DNA of 64,000 nucleotides. Origin: Escherichia phage vB_EcoM_3HA14. Position 1 is the stretch's first letter. Each line of letters begins with the position of its first letter. Location: the sequence record MN342151.1; one strand, written 5' to 3'. This document shows positions 8,759-18,274 of the stretch, piece after piece. The translations under genes were made by a program, and so were the position numbers. The notes under the pieces are model-generated. The model did no database searches. It saw only the letters and a list, made by a program, of their open reading frames with translations, and was not told where the DNA came from.

Positions 8759-10903
8759 TTACATAGATTTTCTATCCTGAATTTCAGCAATTTTTGCATC
8801 GTTCATTCTGGAAGTACCTTTAATCTTAGTCCAGCCAAGATAACCACAAACACGGTTAATCACAGAGATATCGTGTGAGTTGCACTTAGGACACAATTCA
8901 ACATCTGCACTTGGACGGTGACCACAATTCTCACAGATTGCCAAGTCAAAGTTAACACCTTGATAGAAACCTTTACCCATACCTCTTGTCACACAAGCCC
9001 TAATAGCTTTATGATTCTCTGGATTAGCAATACGAACGTACTGGATATGACCACCATTACAAGCATGGAAGAAAGGTTCTTCTAAGTCTTGCTTTTCAAA
9101 TGGTGTAATATCTGCACCAACATTCATGTGGAAGCTGTTTGTAAAGTATTCTTTATCAGATACACCTTTAACAACTCCAAACATGTTTCTAAACTGCTTC
9201 AATTGCGTACCACAAAGGCTCTCAGCAGGTGTACCATAGAGGGCATACAAGAAACCATCTTCCTGTTTAAACTGCTCCAGTTTGCCATTCAGGTAGTTTA
9301 AAACCTTACTTGCAATATCACCGTCTGACTCATGTAATCTTTTACCTTGTGCAAGTACTGTTAACTCATCCAATGCAGTGACACCAAAAGAGGCTGTAAA
9401 AGATTTCACAGTATCCCAACCAATCTTGTCAGTTGGCTTCTTATGACCTTTATACAAACCACCTTGTGTGAATGCTAGAGGGTTAGAGCTTGCTGGCATA
9501 TTAGCAATCATCTCATAACGTTTTTTATGGAAGCTTCTAATCATCTCAAGATACTTGTCAAGTTCTGTCCAGAAGTCTAAACCATTCTCTTCAGAATACT
9601 TGTAAATCATTGGCAGATTAAGAGATACTGCACCGATATTTGCTCGCCCTGTGTAGAACTCTTTACCATCTTCATCATGATATGGAGATAAGAAAGCTCT
9701 GCAACCCATTGGAGAGATGACTGCACCTGAACGCTCAAAAGCTTCTGCAACAGAACCATGACCAGAAACACTTAAGAAGTCTGGGTACATAGCTTTAGAA
9801 CAGCACTCAATAGCTTTGTCATAAAGAGTTCCCTGCCAAGGGTCTAACATGTGTCTTGTTTCATCATAGATGTAAACCAGTTTAGGGAATACAACAGGCT
9901 TCTTAGATTTACCTTGACCATTCATTCTCACATCAAGAATAGTCTTCGCAATCATAAATTGCAAGCGGTTATCTTCACTAGCCATATCTGGTTCGAGTAA
10001 ACCAAATGTTAAGGTTGTGAATGCAAAGTCACCACGGCTGCAAGGAACTGTATTCAGTTTCATTTCCAGAGATTGGAAGCCTTGGGTTAGCTCAATCTGA
10101 AGTTGTTCTTTAGCATAGTGGTATGCACCACCTCTCCCTGTGATATTATACTGCTTTGCTTTCTCCAGATGATACTCAAAAGACTTCTTAGCATATGGCA
10201 CAAGAACCTTGTCAATCTCTGGGATAGTAAATCCACCAAATTGCTGTGCCGTTGCTGAGAGTACAACGTCACCAATAACCTGTAAAGCTGAAAGTACAGA
10301 CTTTGGTTCGCAGTATTCAATGCCGGACATTTCAAAACCACCTTTCAAGACGCTTCCAATGTCAAACAAGCAACAGTTAATACCACCGAAGATTAAATCT
10401 CTTAAGTCATGGATATAAATGAAACCATCTTCAATAGCACTTGCTTCTTCTGGTGTCAAGTGATACTGCTTAAAGATTTCTTTTGTCAAATATCCACGGA
10501 TGATTGAACCTTTTGTAGAGATTAAGCTACTGTCAAAGTTAGCATTCTCACGGTCACCTAAGAAGAGTGTGTCTTTAGTCTTTTGATAAAGCTCATCCCA
10601 ATTCTGTGCAACCTCTTTACGATAGTTTCTGTAGGTTGAATATGACTCATAGATTTCATGGTTTACCTCTGCCAGAGTTCCTTCCACAATACTGTGAACA
10701 TCATCTACAGAGATGAGCATAGCATTCTGATTAGTTGCTCTGACAAGCAGTCTCATAAAGGCTGATTCAAGAGCATGGATAACTTCTAGTGGTAACTCTT
10801 TGTAGCCAACTCTATTAGCTGACTTGGTAACTGCTTCGACGATTTTATTTACATTTGGTTTTTCCAGTGAACCGTCTTTCTTAATAATTTGTACTTTAAC
10901 CAT
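8759..10903 (-). CDS. nrdD: anaerobic ribonucleoside-triphosphate reductase
   Basis: ATP-cone-like N-terminus, C-terminal Cys cluster and glycyl-radical motif RVCGYLG; start moved to ATG at 10901-10903 (AGGAG RBS) because the longer track ORF would run through a terminator hairpin. Confidence 0.85.
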   Translation of the reverse strand: MVKVQIIKKDGSLEKPNVNKIVEAVTKSANRVGYKELPLEVIHALESAFMRLLVRATNQNAMLISVDDVHSIVEGTLAEVNHEIYESYSTYRNYRKEVAQNWDELYQKTKDTLFLGDRENANFDSSLISTKGSIIRGYLTKEIFKQYHLTPEEASAIEDGFIYIHDLRDLIFGGINCCLFDIGSVLKGGFEMSGIEYCEPKSVLSALQVIGDVVLSATAQQFGGFTIPEIDKVLVPYAKKSFEYHLEKAKQYNITGRGGAYHYAKEQLQIELTQGFQSLEMKLNTVPCSRGDFAFTTLTFGLLEPDMASEDNRLQFMIAKTILDVRMNGQGKSKKPVVFPKLVYIYDETRHMLDPWQGTLYDKAIECCSKAMYPDFLSVSGHGSVAEAFERSGAVISPMGCRAFLSPYHDEDGKEFYTGRANIGAVSLNLPMIYKYSEENGLDFWTELDKYLEMIRSFHKKRYEMIANMPASSNPLAFTQGGLYKGHKKPTDKIGWDTVKSFTASFGVTALDELTVLAQGKRLHESDGDIASKVLNYLNGKLEQFKQEDGFLYALYGTPAESLCGTQLKQFRNMFGVVKGVSDKEYFTNSFHMNVGADITPFEKQDLEEPFFHACNGGHIQYVRIANPENHKAIRACVTRGMGKGFYQGVNFDLAICENCGHRPSADVELCPKCNSHDISVINRVCGYLGWTKIKGTSRMNDAKIAEIQDRKSM

Positions 10904-10918
10904 TCTGACTCCTAATGC

Positions 10919-10940
10919 AAAAAAGGTCTCCGAAGAGACC
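10919..10940 (-). terminator. intrinsic terminator: GGUCUC-UUCG-GAGACC tetraloop hairpin plus U6 tract
   Basis: perfect palindrome ggtctccgaagagacc with aaaaaa on plus strand (U-tract on minus); about 20 nt upstream of nrdD start. Confidence 0.6.
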
Positions 10941-10952
10941 CTTATATTAATT

Positions 10953-11153
10953 CTACTTAGAAAACTTTTCAATAAGCTTTTTAAGCTTTCCACTCAAACC
11001 ATGTTTGATATCTAATATCTCAAAGATAACCCATACTAGCATAGCTCCAAAGAGAGCACCTTGTTTTAAATCAGTAAACAGGCTAGTAACCATGAATGCC
11101 AGAGCAATCATCGGAGCATCTTCAACAAAACCATCCCATAAACGTTTAAGCAT
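10953..11153 (-). CDS. hypothetical small membrane protein
   Basis: 66 aa with hydrophobic segments. Confidence 0.4.
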   Translation of the reverse strand: MLKRLWDGFVEDAPMIALAFMVTSLFTDLKQGALFGAMLVWVIFEILDIKHGLSGKLKKLIEKFSK

Positions 11154-11388
11154 TATTCACCTCTGCCATAAAGTTCTGTAGTGTTCCAACAGGTTTCATT
11201 TCATTGTCTTCAACCTTCATAATGAAAGGCATCTGACGAACAGGTATCTTTGCAATATCCATCAGGTCACTTAGCTCATAATCTTTCCCAAGCATTCTTA
11301 CAACATGGTCTAAGCCACGAGCCTGAGCAAAGTTCTTAGCAGTAACACACTGTGGGCATCCATCTTTTGAGTAAATTACATAAGTCAT
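11146..11388 (-). CDS. glutaredoxin/NrdH-like redoxin
   Basis: 80 aa with CPQC active-site motif near N-terminus; sits between nrdB and nrdD. Confidence 0.65.
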   Translation of the reverse strand: MTYVIYSKDGCPQCVTAKNFAQARGLDHVVRMLGKDYELSDLMDIAKIPVRQMPFIMKVEDNEMKPVGTLQNFMAEVNNA

Positions 11389-12461
11389 TAAGGAACCTCT
11401 AAAAATCCTGAATTTAAATCATCAACAACAGTATTCAAAAGGTACGCACCATTTTGTTGTTCTTGGTTAGCGTTTTGCTCTTTATCAATTTCCATCTTCT
11501 TAATCATATATTTCAAAGGTGGTTCTTTAGGAGCTACAAAATCTCTTGGAATACCAAACATATCATACAATGGAGCAGCGTTGTAGTAAACCCATTCGTG
11601 AAGAAGTTTTGTATTCAAACCTACAACAGCACGTCCTTCAGAAAAGATATAATAAGACCATTTCTCTTCACTTTCAACTACTTCATCCAGAATTACTTTA
11701 ATTTCTGGGAGTACTTGACGGAAAGCTTCTTGCCACTCTTCATCTTTCAAAGTTTCTTTTAATGCTTCGATATCAATCTTTGTGTGAATGATTTCGTCAA
11801 GCATAATTTTCTGTACTGCTTGTGCAATCCCTTGGAACTTATCTTGTGCATCAAGTGCAAAGGTACATGCAAAGGATGCCATGAAGGAAATACCCTCAAG
11901 TGCTGTTACTGCAAAGAGACCTTTTAAGATTACTTTGTGGAAGTGTAAAGGGTCTTTCTCCATTAGCTCTTGACGAACATAGCTTAAACGATAGTTAATA
12001 CCTTCGTCAAGAAGTTCTGCCAGTGCTCTGTTCACAGTCTTCAATCTGTCCTGAACAGCAGCATTCTGGTTAATCTCATCAAGGATTGTTTCAGGGTTCT
12101 TGATACACTGACGAACAATCTCTGAATAAGTTAGTGCATGAAGGTTCTCAATTTCTGATTGCTTCATGATAGCAGTTGCATAGATATCATCAGAGATGAA
12201 TGGTGCAAATGCAAAAGCTAAACTCTTAGCAACCTGTGTATCTGCTTCCCATTGCCATTTCAGAATCTCAAGCATTACACCAGACATTGACTGAGGAACA
12301 CTCTCAAAGTCTAACCGTGACTGTTCAAATGGGAACTCATCTTCAGACCAGTCTTGTGCTTTCTGCTGCTTATACAGTTCAAAGATTTTTGGATAGTGTT
12401 TATTCAGTGAATCGAAAGTTTTTCGTTCGCCGCCTAAGAAAATTGGATGTGGGTTAATCAT
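11388..12461 (-). CDS. nrdB: ribonucleotide reductase class Ia small subunit
   Basis: 357 aa, ferritin-like di-iron RNR beta features recognised by eye; adjacent to nrdA. Confidence 0.8.
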   Translation of the reverse strand: MINPHPIFLGGERKTFDSLNKHYPKIFELYKQQKAQDWSEDEFPFEQSRLDFESVPQSMSGVMLEILKWQWEADTQVAKSLAFAFAPFISDDIYATAIMKQSEIENLHALTYSEIVRQCIKNPETILDEINQNAAVQDRLKTVNRALAELLDEGINYRLSYVRQELMEKDPLHFHKVILKGLFAVTALEGISFMASFACTFALDAQDKFQGIAQAVQKIMLDEIIHTKIDIEALKETLKDEEWQEAFRQVLPEIKVILDEVVESEEKWSYYIFSEGRAVVGLNTKLLHEWVYYNAAPLYDMFGIPRDFVAPKEPPLKYMIKKMEIDKEQNANQEQQNGAYLLNTVVDDLNSGFLEVP

Positions 12462-12841
12462 TCTGGTAAGATTCCTGTATCTAGAAAGTTTCTGGCTTCA
12501 GTTGTTGTCATAACAACCCATTTGTCCTTGTTGAACATATCAAGTGGTCTTGCATATGTTTGCTTTGGATTAAAACAATCAACATATCGTATATGTTCTT
12601 TCCAAGAACCATCTGGCATCTTAACTTTTAAGTCTAAGTCTGCAATATAATACAAAGACCGTCTTGGAATATAAAATAAATATAGTGAGTTATCTTTGCT
12701 ACGTATTCTCGCATTGCGAATTAAATCTAGCATATCTTTCTCCAAGTTAATTTTAGAGGGTCTTTTACGACCCTCATAGTTATTAAAACTAAACGCCGCA
12801 ACCCTCACAGTAGGCATCTTGTAGTGCTGATTTACCAACAC
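12458..12841 (-). CDS. hypothetical protein (inserted between nrdA and nrdB)
   Basis: 127 aa ORF with GTG start overlapping the nrdA 3' end; no motif recognised. Confidence 0.35.
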   Translation of the reverse strand: MLVNQHYKMPTVRVAAFSFNNYEGRKRPSKINLEKDMLDLIRNARIRSKDNSLYLFYIPRRSLYYIADLDLKVKMPDGSWKEHIRYVDCFNPKQTYARPLDMFNKDKWVVMTTTEARNFLDTGILPE

Positions 12842-15023
12842 CGATACGACTGTTAAGGTAGTACATAGTTTTCAAACCAACAAGGTTTGCATAAATCATG
12901 TACTTCAAAGCTTGCTCTAATGATACCTTCTTAGACTTCGAGTAGTCAACATAGAAATCTGAAGAGATAGCTTGACCAGTGAATTTTTGAACAATTGCAT
13001 AGCAATCAATCATATCAAATGTGTCAATATCCCAAGCAATTTCATATACATACTTCAACTCTTCATAGTCAGGTACAATAAACAGAACGTTACCAGTTGC
13101 AGACTTCTTAGTTAAGATGAAGTCACGAATAGGGTACAGGCCGTTTGTCGTGTTAGTTGCCAGAGAAGAACTCTCATTAGGCATATAAGCCTCTAACACA
13201 GAGTTACGAATACCACCATTTTCTTTAATTCGATGTGACAGGTCATCCCAATCATAACGAAGTTTTGCATCGTGCTTTTCATCAATTTTCTTGTTAGCAG
13301 TCTTTGGTGGAACCCAACCGTCAGGGTACTTAGTAAACTGCATGTACTCTGGTACACCACGCTCTTTTGCGAGTCTTAAAGATGCTTCATGCAAGAAGTA
13401 AGAGTGCATCTCAGCCAACTCATGGAGTTTAGTTTTACCAGCCCTTGATGAGTAGTTCACATAGTTCTTCGCAAGGTAATGAGCCACATTAGTAAGGCCA
13501 ATACCAACAGAACGGCGTTTCTGAACGTGGTTACGCATTGACGGATACGGATAATCCATAAGGTCAATAACGGAGTCAACCATTGCAAGAGCATAATAAG
13601 CAACGTCAGCGTATTCATCTTCTGTGATTCTCCCTGCAACCAAACTAGCTAGGAAGCAAAGAGCAACTTCACCGTCTTCTTTCTTGGCTGTGTAGCTATA
13701 CAGGTCTCTTTCATCCTCAAAACCGTGAACTGGTAAGACAATCTCCATACACAGGTTTGACATTTTCAAAGGCTCTTTGAAAGGTGTATGATAGTTTGCG
13801 TTGTTAGTAAAGAACGGGTAAACACGTCCTGTAGCATAACGTTGCTGAATAAACAACTTGGCAACCTCACGAGCCTTCACACGTTTATGTTTAACACCTG
13901 TATGAACTGCGTGACCTACTGCCATAGCAAATTCATCAGCACTTGCTGTGTAGAACATGTCATACAGTCTTGGTGCATCTTTGTAAGAGAATAGCAACCA
14001 ATCTGTATCGTACTGTACACATTGCCAGAAGTAATCATTTGCACCAAATGAGTAGTCCATTTCATTAATACGCTTTGCAGGAACCGTTGTAGGGTGCTTC
14101 AAGCGTAGCAAATCCTCAATCTGTGGGTCTAATGCAGTGAAGAAGTTATTAGCTGAACCACCACGACTCTTCTGTTTATTAGCCTCTACAGCAGCACGTA
14201 CAAGCTTATAATAAGGGAGTTTTCCCATATGCTCAATAGTGTTTTGTCGGATTCCATCACCAATTGTTCTGGTCTCCATCAGCATACCAATACCTGCTTG
14301 CTTAGTGGTCATGTCATAAGCTACTTTTGTAGCAATTCCAAGAGACTCCGCAGTATCATTTGCTTTAATTAGGCAGCATGAAGCATAGCCAGATTTTGTA
14401 GCTCTCAGACCATTCAGATATGGTGTAGGGGCATTAATCTTCAGGTCAGATAGATATGTGTAGAGCTTAATAACATCATCTAAACGACGCTGTTTAGGCT
14501 GTCTTTCAAAGGCTTTCATAGCCATACCCATGAACATAAACTGTGGAGACTCAAACAGCTTACCACTTTTAATGTCACGGATTCCATACTTATCACGGAA
14601 CTGCTTCAGTACTGCATACCCATAAGAGATATCTTTTGAATGTACGATGTGACCTTGTAAGTAGTCAATCTCTTCAGGTGTGTAATCCATATGTTCCCAA
14701 AGCCCCATCTGCTCCATCTTCATCACAAATGGAAGTAACTGAGGAACCTTTGTAAATCCACCAAAAGCTTCTTTGTAGATAATGCCAAGAAGTAGTCTCC
14801 CAGCCATATCAGAGTACTCTTGAGTTTGTTTATCAATACAAACGTCAATCATAGCTTGGTGCATTTCTTTTGTTGTACAACCTTCATAGACACGCTTCAT
14901 AGCTTCCATTACAACTTCTGACCAGATAATTCCTCTCTTGTCAGCCCATGAAGCCCATTTATTTAAACGTTCTGGTTCGAATGGTACGATTGTACCGTCT
15001 GATTTGCGAATAGTAGTAATCAT
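12789..15023 (-). CDS. nrdA: ribonucleotide reductase class Ia large subunit
   Basis: 744 aa; active-site motif NLCMEI, C-terminal CxxC tail; ATG at 15021-15023. Confidence 0.85.
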   Translation of the reverse strand: MITTIRKSDGTIVPFEPERLNKWASWADKRGIIWSEVVMEAMKRVYEGCTTKEMHQAMIDVCIDKQTQEYSDMAGRLLLGIIYKEAFGGFTKVPQLLPFVMKMEQMGLWEHMDYTPEEIDYLQGHIVHSKDISYGYAVLKQFRDKYGIRDIKSGKLFESPQFMFMGMAMKAFERQPKQRRLDDVIKLYTYLSDLKINAPTPYLNGLRATKSGYASCCLIKANDTAESLGIATKVAYDMTTKQAGIGMLMETRTIGDGIRQNTIEHMGKLPYYKLVRAAVEANKQKSRGGSANNFFTALDPQIEDLLRLKHPTTVPAKRINEMDYSFGANDYFWQCVQYDTDWLLFSYKDAPRLYDMFYTASADEFAMAVGHAVHTGVKHKRVKAREVAKLFIQQRYATGRVYPFFTNNANYHTPFKEPLKMSNLCMEIVLPVHGFEDERDLYSYTAKKEDGEVALCFLASLVAGRITEDEYADVAYYALAMVDSVIDLMDYPYPSMRNHVQKRRSVGIGLTNVAHYLAKNYVNYSSRAGKTKLHELAEMHSYFLHEASLRLAKERGVPEYMQFTKYPDGWVPPKTANKKIDEKHDAKLRYDWDDLSHRIKENGGIRNSVLEAYMPNESSSLATNTTNGLYPIRDFILTKKSATGNVLFIVPDYEELKYVYEIAWDIDTFDMIDCYAIVQKFTGQAISSDFYVDYSKSKKVSLEQALKYMIYANLVGLKTMYYLNSRIGVGKSALQDAYCEGCGV

Positions 15024-15043
15024 TATATTAAATCCTACAGGTG

Positions 15044-15066
15044 AAAAAGGGTCTCCGAAGAGACCC
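15044..15066 (-). terminator. intrinsic terminator: GGGUCUC-UUCG-GAGACCC tetraloop hairpin plus U5 tract
   Basis: same palindrome as at 10925-10940, followed on minus strand by U-run; about 25 nt upstream of nrdA start. Confidence 0.6.
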
Positions 15067-15074
15067 CTTAGAGA

Positions 15075-15410
15075 TTAAATGCTAAAAATCTTTTTACTTT
15101 CCCAGAGTTCAATGAACTTCTGTGACACTTTTGTTAGTGAACCTTTAGACATTGTATTCATGTACCAGTAACGTTTACCTTCATCGAATGCCATGTCAAG
15201 TTTCTCACTAATATCTTCTTCAAGTCTTGCAATTGAAAAGTTACCACGTACTTTGCAGACAACTCGTCCAAATTTGATATCGCTGCGACCTTTGCAATCT
15301 TCAGTGTACATTACAAAGTCACCATGATGTAATGTCTCACCAAACTTATCATTGCCTAGTTCTTCACCAGCTTTGATTTCTTCTTTAGTTAACTTTTTAA
15401 TTTTAGACAT
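15075..15410 (-). CDS. hypothetical protein
   Basis: 111 aa ORF. Confidence 0.45.
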   Translation of the reverse strand: MSKIKKLTKEEIKAGEELGNDKFGETLHHGDFVMYTEDCKGRSDIKFGRVVCKVRGNFSIARLEEDISEKLDMAFDEGKRYWYMNTMSKGSLTKVSQKFIELWESKKIFSI

Positions 15411-15729
15411 GATATCTATCCAAGTTTCGTTTCAAGTAAATCCACTGGTCATCTGTGCGCTCTACACCCATGAACAGGGGGGCTACAACAACTTTACCAA
15501 AAGTATTTCTGTGCTGGCAAATCTCGTAAGAGTACGGTTTATCAATATTTAAGCCATACTTATACAACACTGCTGCTAATACTTGTTCATTATCCAGAAT
15601 CGTTTCTGGCTTCTCTCCGTACTTGTCTAACAGTGAATCATTCATAAACACTGTCATAGAGAGGTTGTAGTTGGAGAAGTGGCTTTTTGCCACCACTTCT
15701 TCACCTTTATTAATGTTCTGTGAATCCAT
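15403..15729 (-). CDS. hypothetical protein
   Basis: 108 aa ORF. Confidence 0.45.
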   Translation of the reverse strand: MDSQNINKGEEVVAKSHFSNYNLSMTVFMNDSLLDKYGEKPETILDNEQVLAAVLYKYGLNIDKPYSYEICQHRNTFGKVVVAPLFMGVERTDDQWIYLKRNLDRYHV

Positions 15730-16465
15730 TATAACCGACTCCTTTCAACCACTGCTTGAGGTTGATTGCATCATAATTCAATTTCGGATATGAGGTTACA
15801 TGGAACTTCTCACCATCATAGTACACAATATCCGCAAGCCATAATCCATTCTCACGGCAGAAATCTTTATCTGCTTTTGAAGAGATTGGTTCAACTTTAG
15901 AAAAGTTTTTAATGCCAAGACTACCAAGACTTCCAATCAGTCCTTGGCAGATAACGCATGTGTCAGATGTTACCACAAATAATTCTTTTGCGTCAACTTC
16001 TGCAATAAAACTTTCAAGTTGAACTTTTGGAAGATTAGACTGTTTCATAATCTTACCATCAGACTTGCGAATAATCGCAAACCACTCTTTACCTTCGATG
16101 ATTGATTGACGCAGGTAACATTCATCACCAGTACGTTTCTCAATATCAAACATTCGCTGTAGAGCTTCTTGATAGTCGTCTGTGTATTTGAGGTTGTTGT
16201 TTTCACAAACAGCCTTGATAGCACCATCATGGTCATGTTGTGTCAGGAAAATTAAACCATCAAGTACATACTGCAAATCAGCTTGAGCATCAAGGGTCTC
16301 AACAGGGTCTTTGGCTTCTACTGCTGCGACTAACTCTCTAGCTTCTTCAAGCATACACAGAGATTGGCTTTTCAGTGATTCCCAATACTCTGTGCTGTAT
16401 GGTTCTTTTGGATTATTGCCACAACGTAGATTCCAATTTCTTACGGATTCTCTGGAATTAAACAT
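15710..16465 (-). CDS. hypothetical protein with MazG-like NTP pyrophosphohydrolase-type N-terminal motif
   Basis: EEARELVAAVE...LDAQADLQYVLDGL resembles MazG EExxE/ExxD helices; C-terminal half unassigned. Confidence 0.3.
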   Translation of the reverse strand: MFNSRESVRNWNLRCGNNPKEPYSTEYWESLKSQSLCMLEEARELVAAVEAKDPVETLDAQADLQYVLDGLIFLTQHDHDGAIKAVCENNNLKYTDDYQEALQRMFDIEKRTGDECYLRQSIIEGKEWFAIIRKSDGKIMKQSNLPKVQLESFIAEVDAKELFVVTSDTCVICQGLIGSLGSLGIKNFSKVEPISSKADKDFCRENGLWLADIVYYDGEKFHVTSYPKLNYDAINLKQWLKGVGYNGFTEH

Positions 16466-16695
16466 TAAGCCTCCTTATCTTCAAACAACTTTTGTTGAGA
16501 CTCAATATAGTCCATTCGTTCTTTGAGTTCAACACGTTTGCTTAACAGATGTTGAATTTGTGATTCCAGAGCATCCATCTCAGCTTCTGTAGCTGACTTA
16601 GCTTTACTGATAGTTTCCTTCAGTGCTGCTACACCACTCTGGATTTTAGAAACATGGTCATTTTTGATTTTATTAAACATTTTAAACTCTCTCAT
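16465..16695 (-). CDS. hypothetical coiled-coil protein
   Basis: 76 aa ORF. Confidence 0.4.
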   Translation of the reverse strand: MREFKMFNKIKNDHVSKIQSGVAALKETISKAKSATEAEMDALESQIQHLLSKRVELKERMDYIESQQKLFEDKEA

Positions 16696-17182
16696 TAAGT
16701 TTCATGATTTTAGTGATTCTCTTCTCAGCTTCATCATAAGTCTCTTTTGTAAGAAACTTGATTGCTGCAATGTTCGCATTGTAGAAGAGTCGAAGCTTAG
16801 AGTCAATCCTTTTTGTCATGACGTCAAACTTATGTTGTAGGTTAGCTTCGCCATAAACTAAGCCACCTCGCGTATAGTAAGTCTGGATGATGTAGAAGTC
16901 AAACTCTTTTTCACCAAAAGATTCAATATCCTTCTTAATGTACTCAGAAGATGTTTGGTAAGTCATCCAATCACTTTCTTTTGTCACGACTTTACGTCTG
17001 GTCTTTCCAGCAACCTTTTTCTTAGTGACGTTATTAAATTGTTTCTTTCCAATATAATATTGTCCAGTTTTCTTACAGTATACTAAATAGACAAAACCAA
17101 AATAGTTAGCGGGGTTAATTTCCCCGCACAGTGAAACCCAATGTCCATAAACAGGGCAATTTCCAAATCCTTTAATCTTCAT
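16682..17182 (-). CDS. GIY-YIG domain nuclease (possible homing endonuclease)
   Basis: FVYLVYCKKTGQYYIGKK matches the GIY...YIG motif spacing; downstream Arg cluster. Confidence 0.4.
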   Translation of the reverse strand: MKIKGFGNCPVYGHWVSLCGEINPANYFGFVYLVYCKKTGQYYIGKKQFNNVTKKKVAGKTRRKVVTKESDWMTYQTSSEYIKKDIESFGEKEFDFYIIQTYYTRGGLVYGEANLQHKFDVMTKRIDSKLRLFYNANIAAIKFLTKETYDEAEKRITKIMKLNERV

Positions 17183-18239
17183 TCATAACTGGCTCCCAAT
17201 TGTATTTTTTAAACGTAAAATCATCTTTAGGATTTCGTTCTTGATAAGCAATCCAGAAGTGTTGCTCCATTAATTCTAGTGGAGTTCTTGTCACAATCTG
17301 ACCATCCCACGATTCATAAGTGTATGACTCTTTCTTAGCATAAAGCTCATAGATTGCGTCTAAGCACTCTTTGTAGGTAGTTTTACCTTCCAGTGCATTC
17401 ATCACCGCAACCTTACCAGCACCTTTTAAACCGAAGTAGTTGTCTGCATTATCACCTGCTACAGCTTGATAGCAGAGGAATTTAAAACCTACTCCGACTG
17501 TCTTCTTAGCTTTCGGTTTAGATTTGATAGGGCAATCCCAAATCTCACCAACGTTATTATCTGCAATGAAAATTAATGGAGCTTTCTCATAAGTCATATC
17601 AATACAGTAAGTTCCTTCAGCTTGACGAAGGTCTTTATCAATACTCATCAGAGCAGCTTTTTTACCCATCTTCTCAGCTTTTGCAATAACGATAGAGTCT
17701 GCTTCGAAGCCCCCTTTTAGGAGCTTAAACTCTGGTCGTGACAGAAGATACTCACGACAAGCAACTAGGTGTGTAGGTGTTACAGCTTCTTTTCTGTTAC
17801 CTTGGTATTGGTGTTCAAGACCTTTGATATCCTTGTGTTTATGAACACCTTTCTCAGTAAGGTAACCCATCCATTTGCGTTCTTTACCAACGACTTTCAA
17901 CCACTCCTGAAGAACTTGCTGTGTAGCCATAATTGCTTCAGCTTCACTCTTAGCCTCCTTCCAAGTCTGTCTTTCCCATTCATCTTCATCAAAGTCAAGT
18001 CCTAACTCTTCAGTTAAAACTCTTTGGTCAGACAACCATTGTGCTGCCAGTTTTGCACTATCAAAAGCGTCGGATTCTTCAGCAGTGATTTTATTCACAT
18101 ACTTATACTTTGCTTTTTCAACTACACAAGCACCTTTGTAAGCAATGCTATCAGAGTCAATAAAGACGTGTGTAACGCTCTCTGGGAGCTTTGTTAAGGT
18201 GTATTGTTCCATTGTACTCTCCATACGAAAAAGCCCCAT
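17172..18239 (-). CDS. 5'-3' exonuclease / flap endonuclease (PIN plus H3TH)
   Basis: N-terminal VFIDSDSIAYKGA like the DGS..A.R motif; GDNADNYFGLKGAGKVA like the H3TH GDxxDN..G..GiG.KtA motif. Confidence 0.65.
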   Translation of the reverse strand: MGLFRMESTMEQYTLTKLPESVTHVFIDSDSIAYKGACVVEKAKYKYVNKITAEESDAFDSAKLAAQWLSDQRVLTEELGLDFDEDEWERQTWKEAKSEAEAIMATQQVLQEWLKVVGKERKWMGYLTEKGVHKHKDIKGLEHQYQGNRKEAVTPTHLVACREYLLSRPEFKLLKGGFEADSIVIAKAEKMGKKAALMSIDKDLRQAEGTYCIDMTYEKAPLIFIADNNVGEIWDCPIKSKPKAKKTVGVGFKFLCYQAVAGDNADNYFGLKGAGKVAVMNALEGKTTYKECLDAIYELYAKKESYTYESWDGQIVTRTPLELMEQHFWIAYQERNPKDDFTFKKYNWEPVMNED

Positions 18240-18274
18240 ACGTCTGTACAGGGCTTTGTAGTAGTTACTGACTA

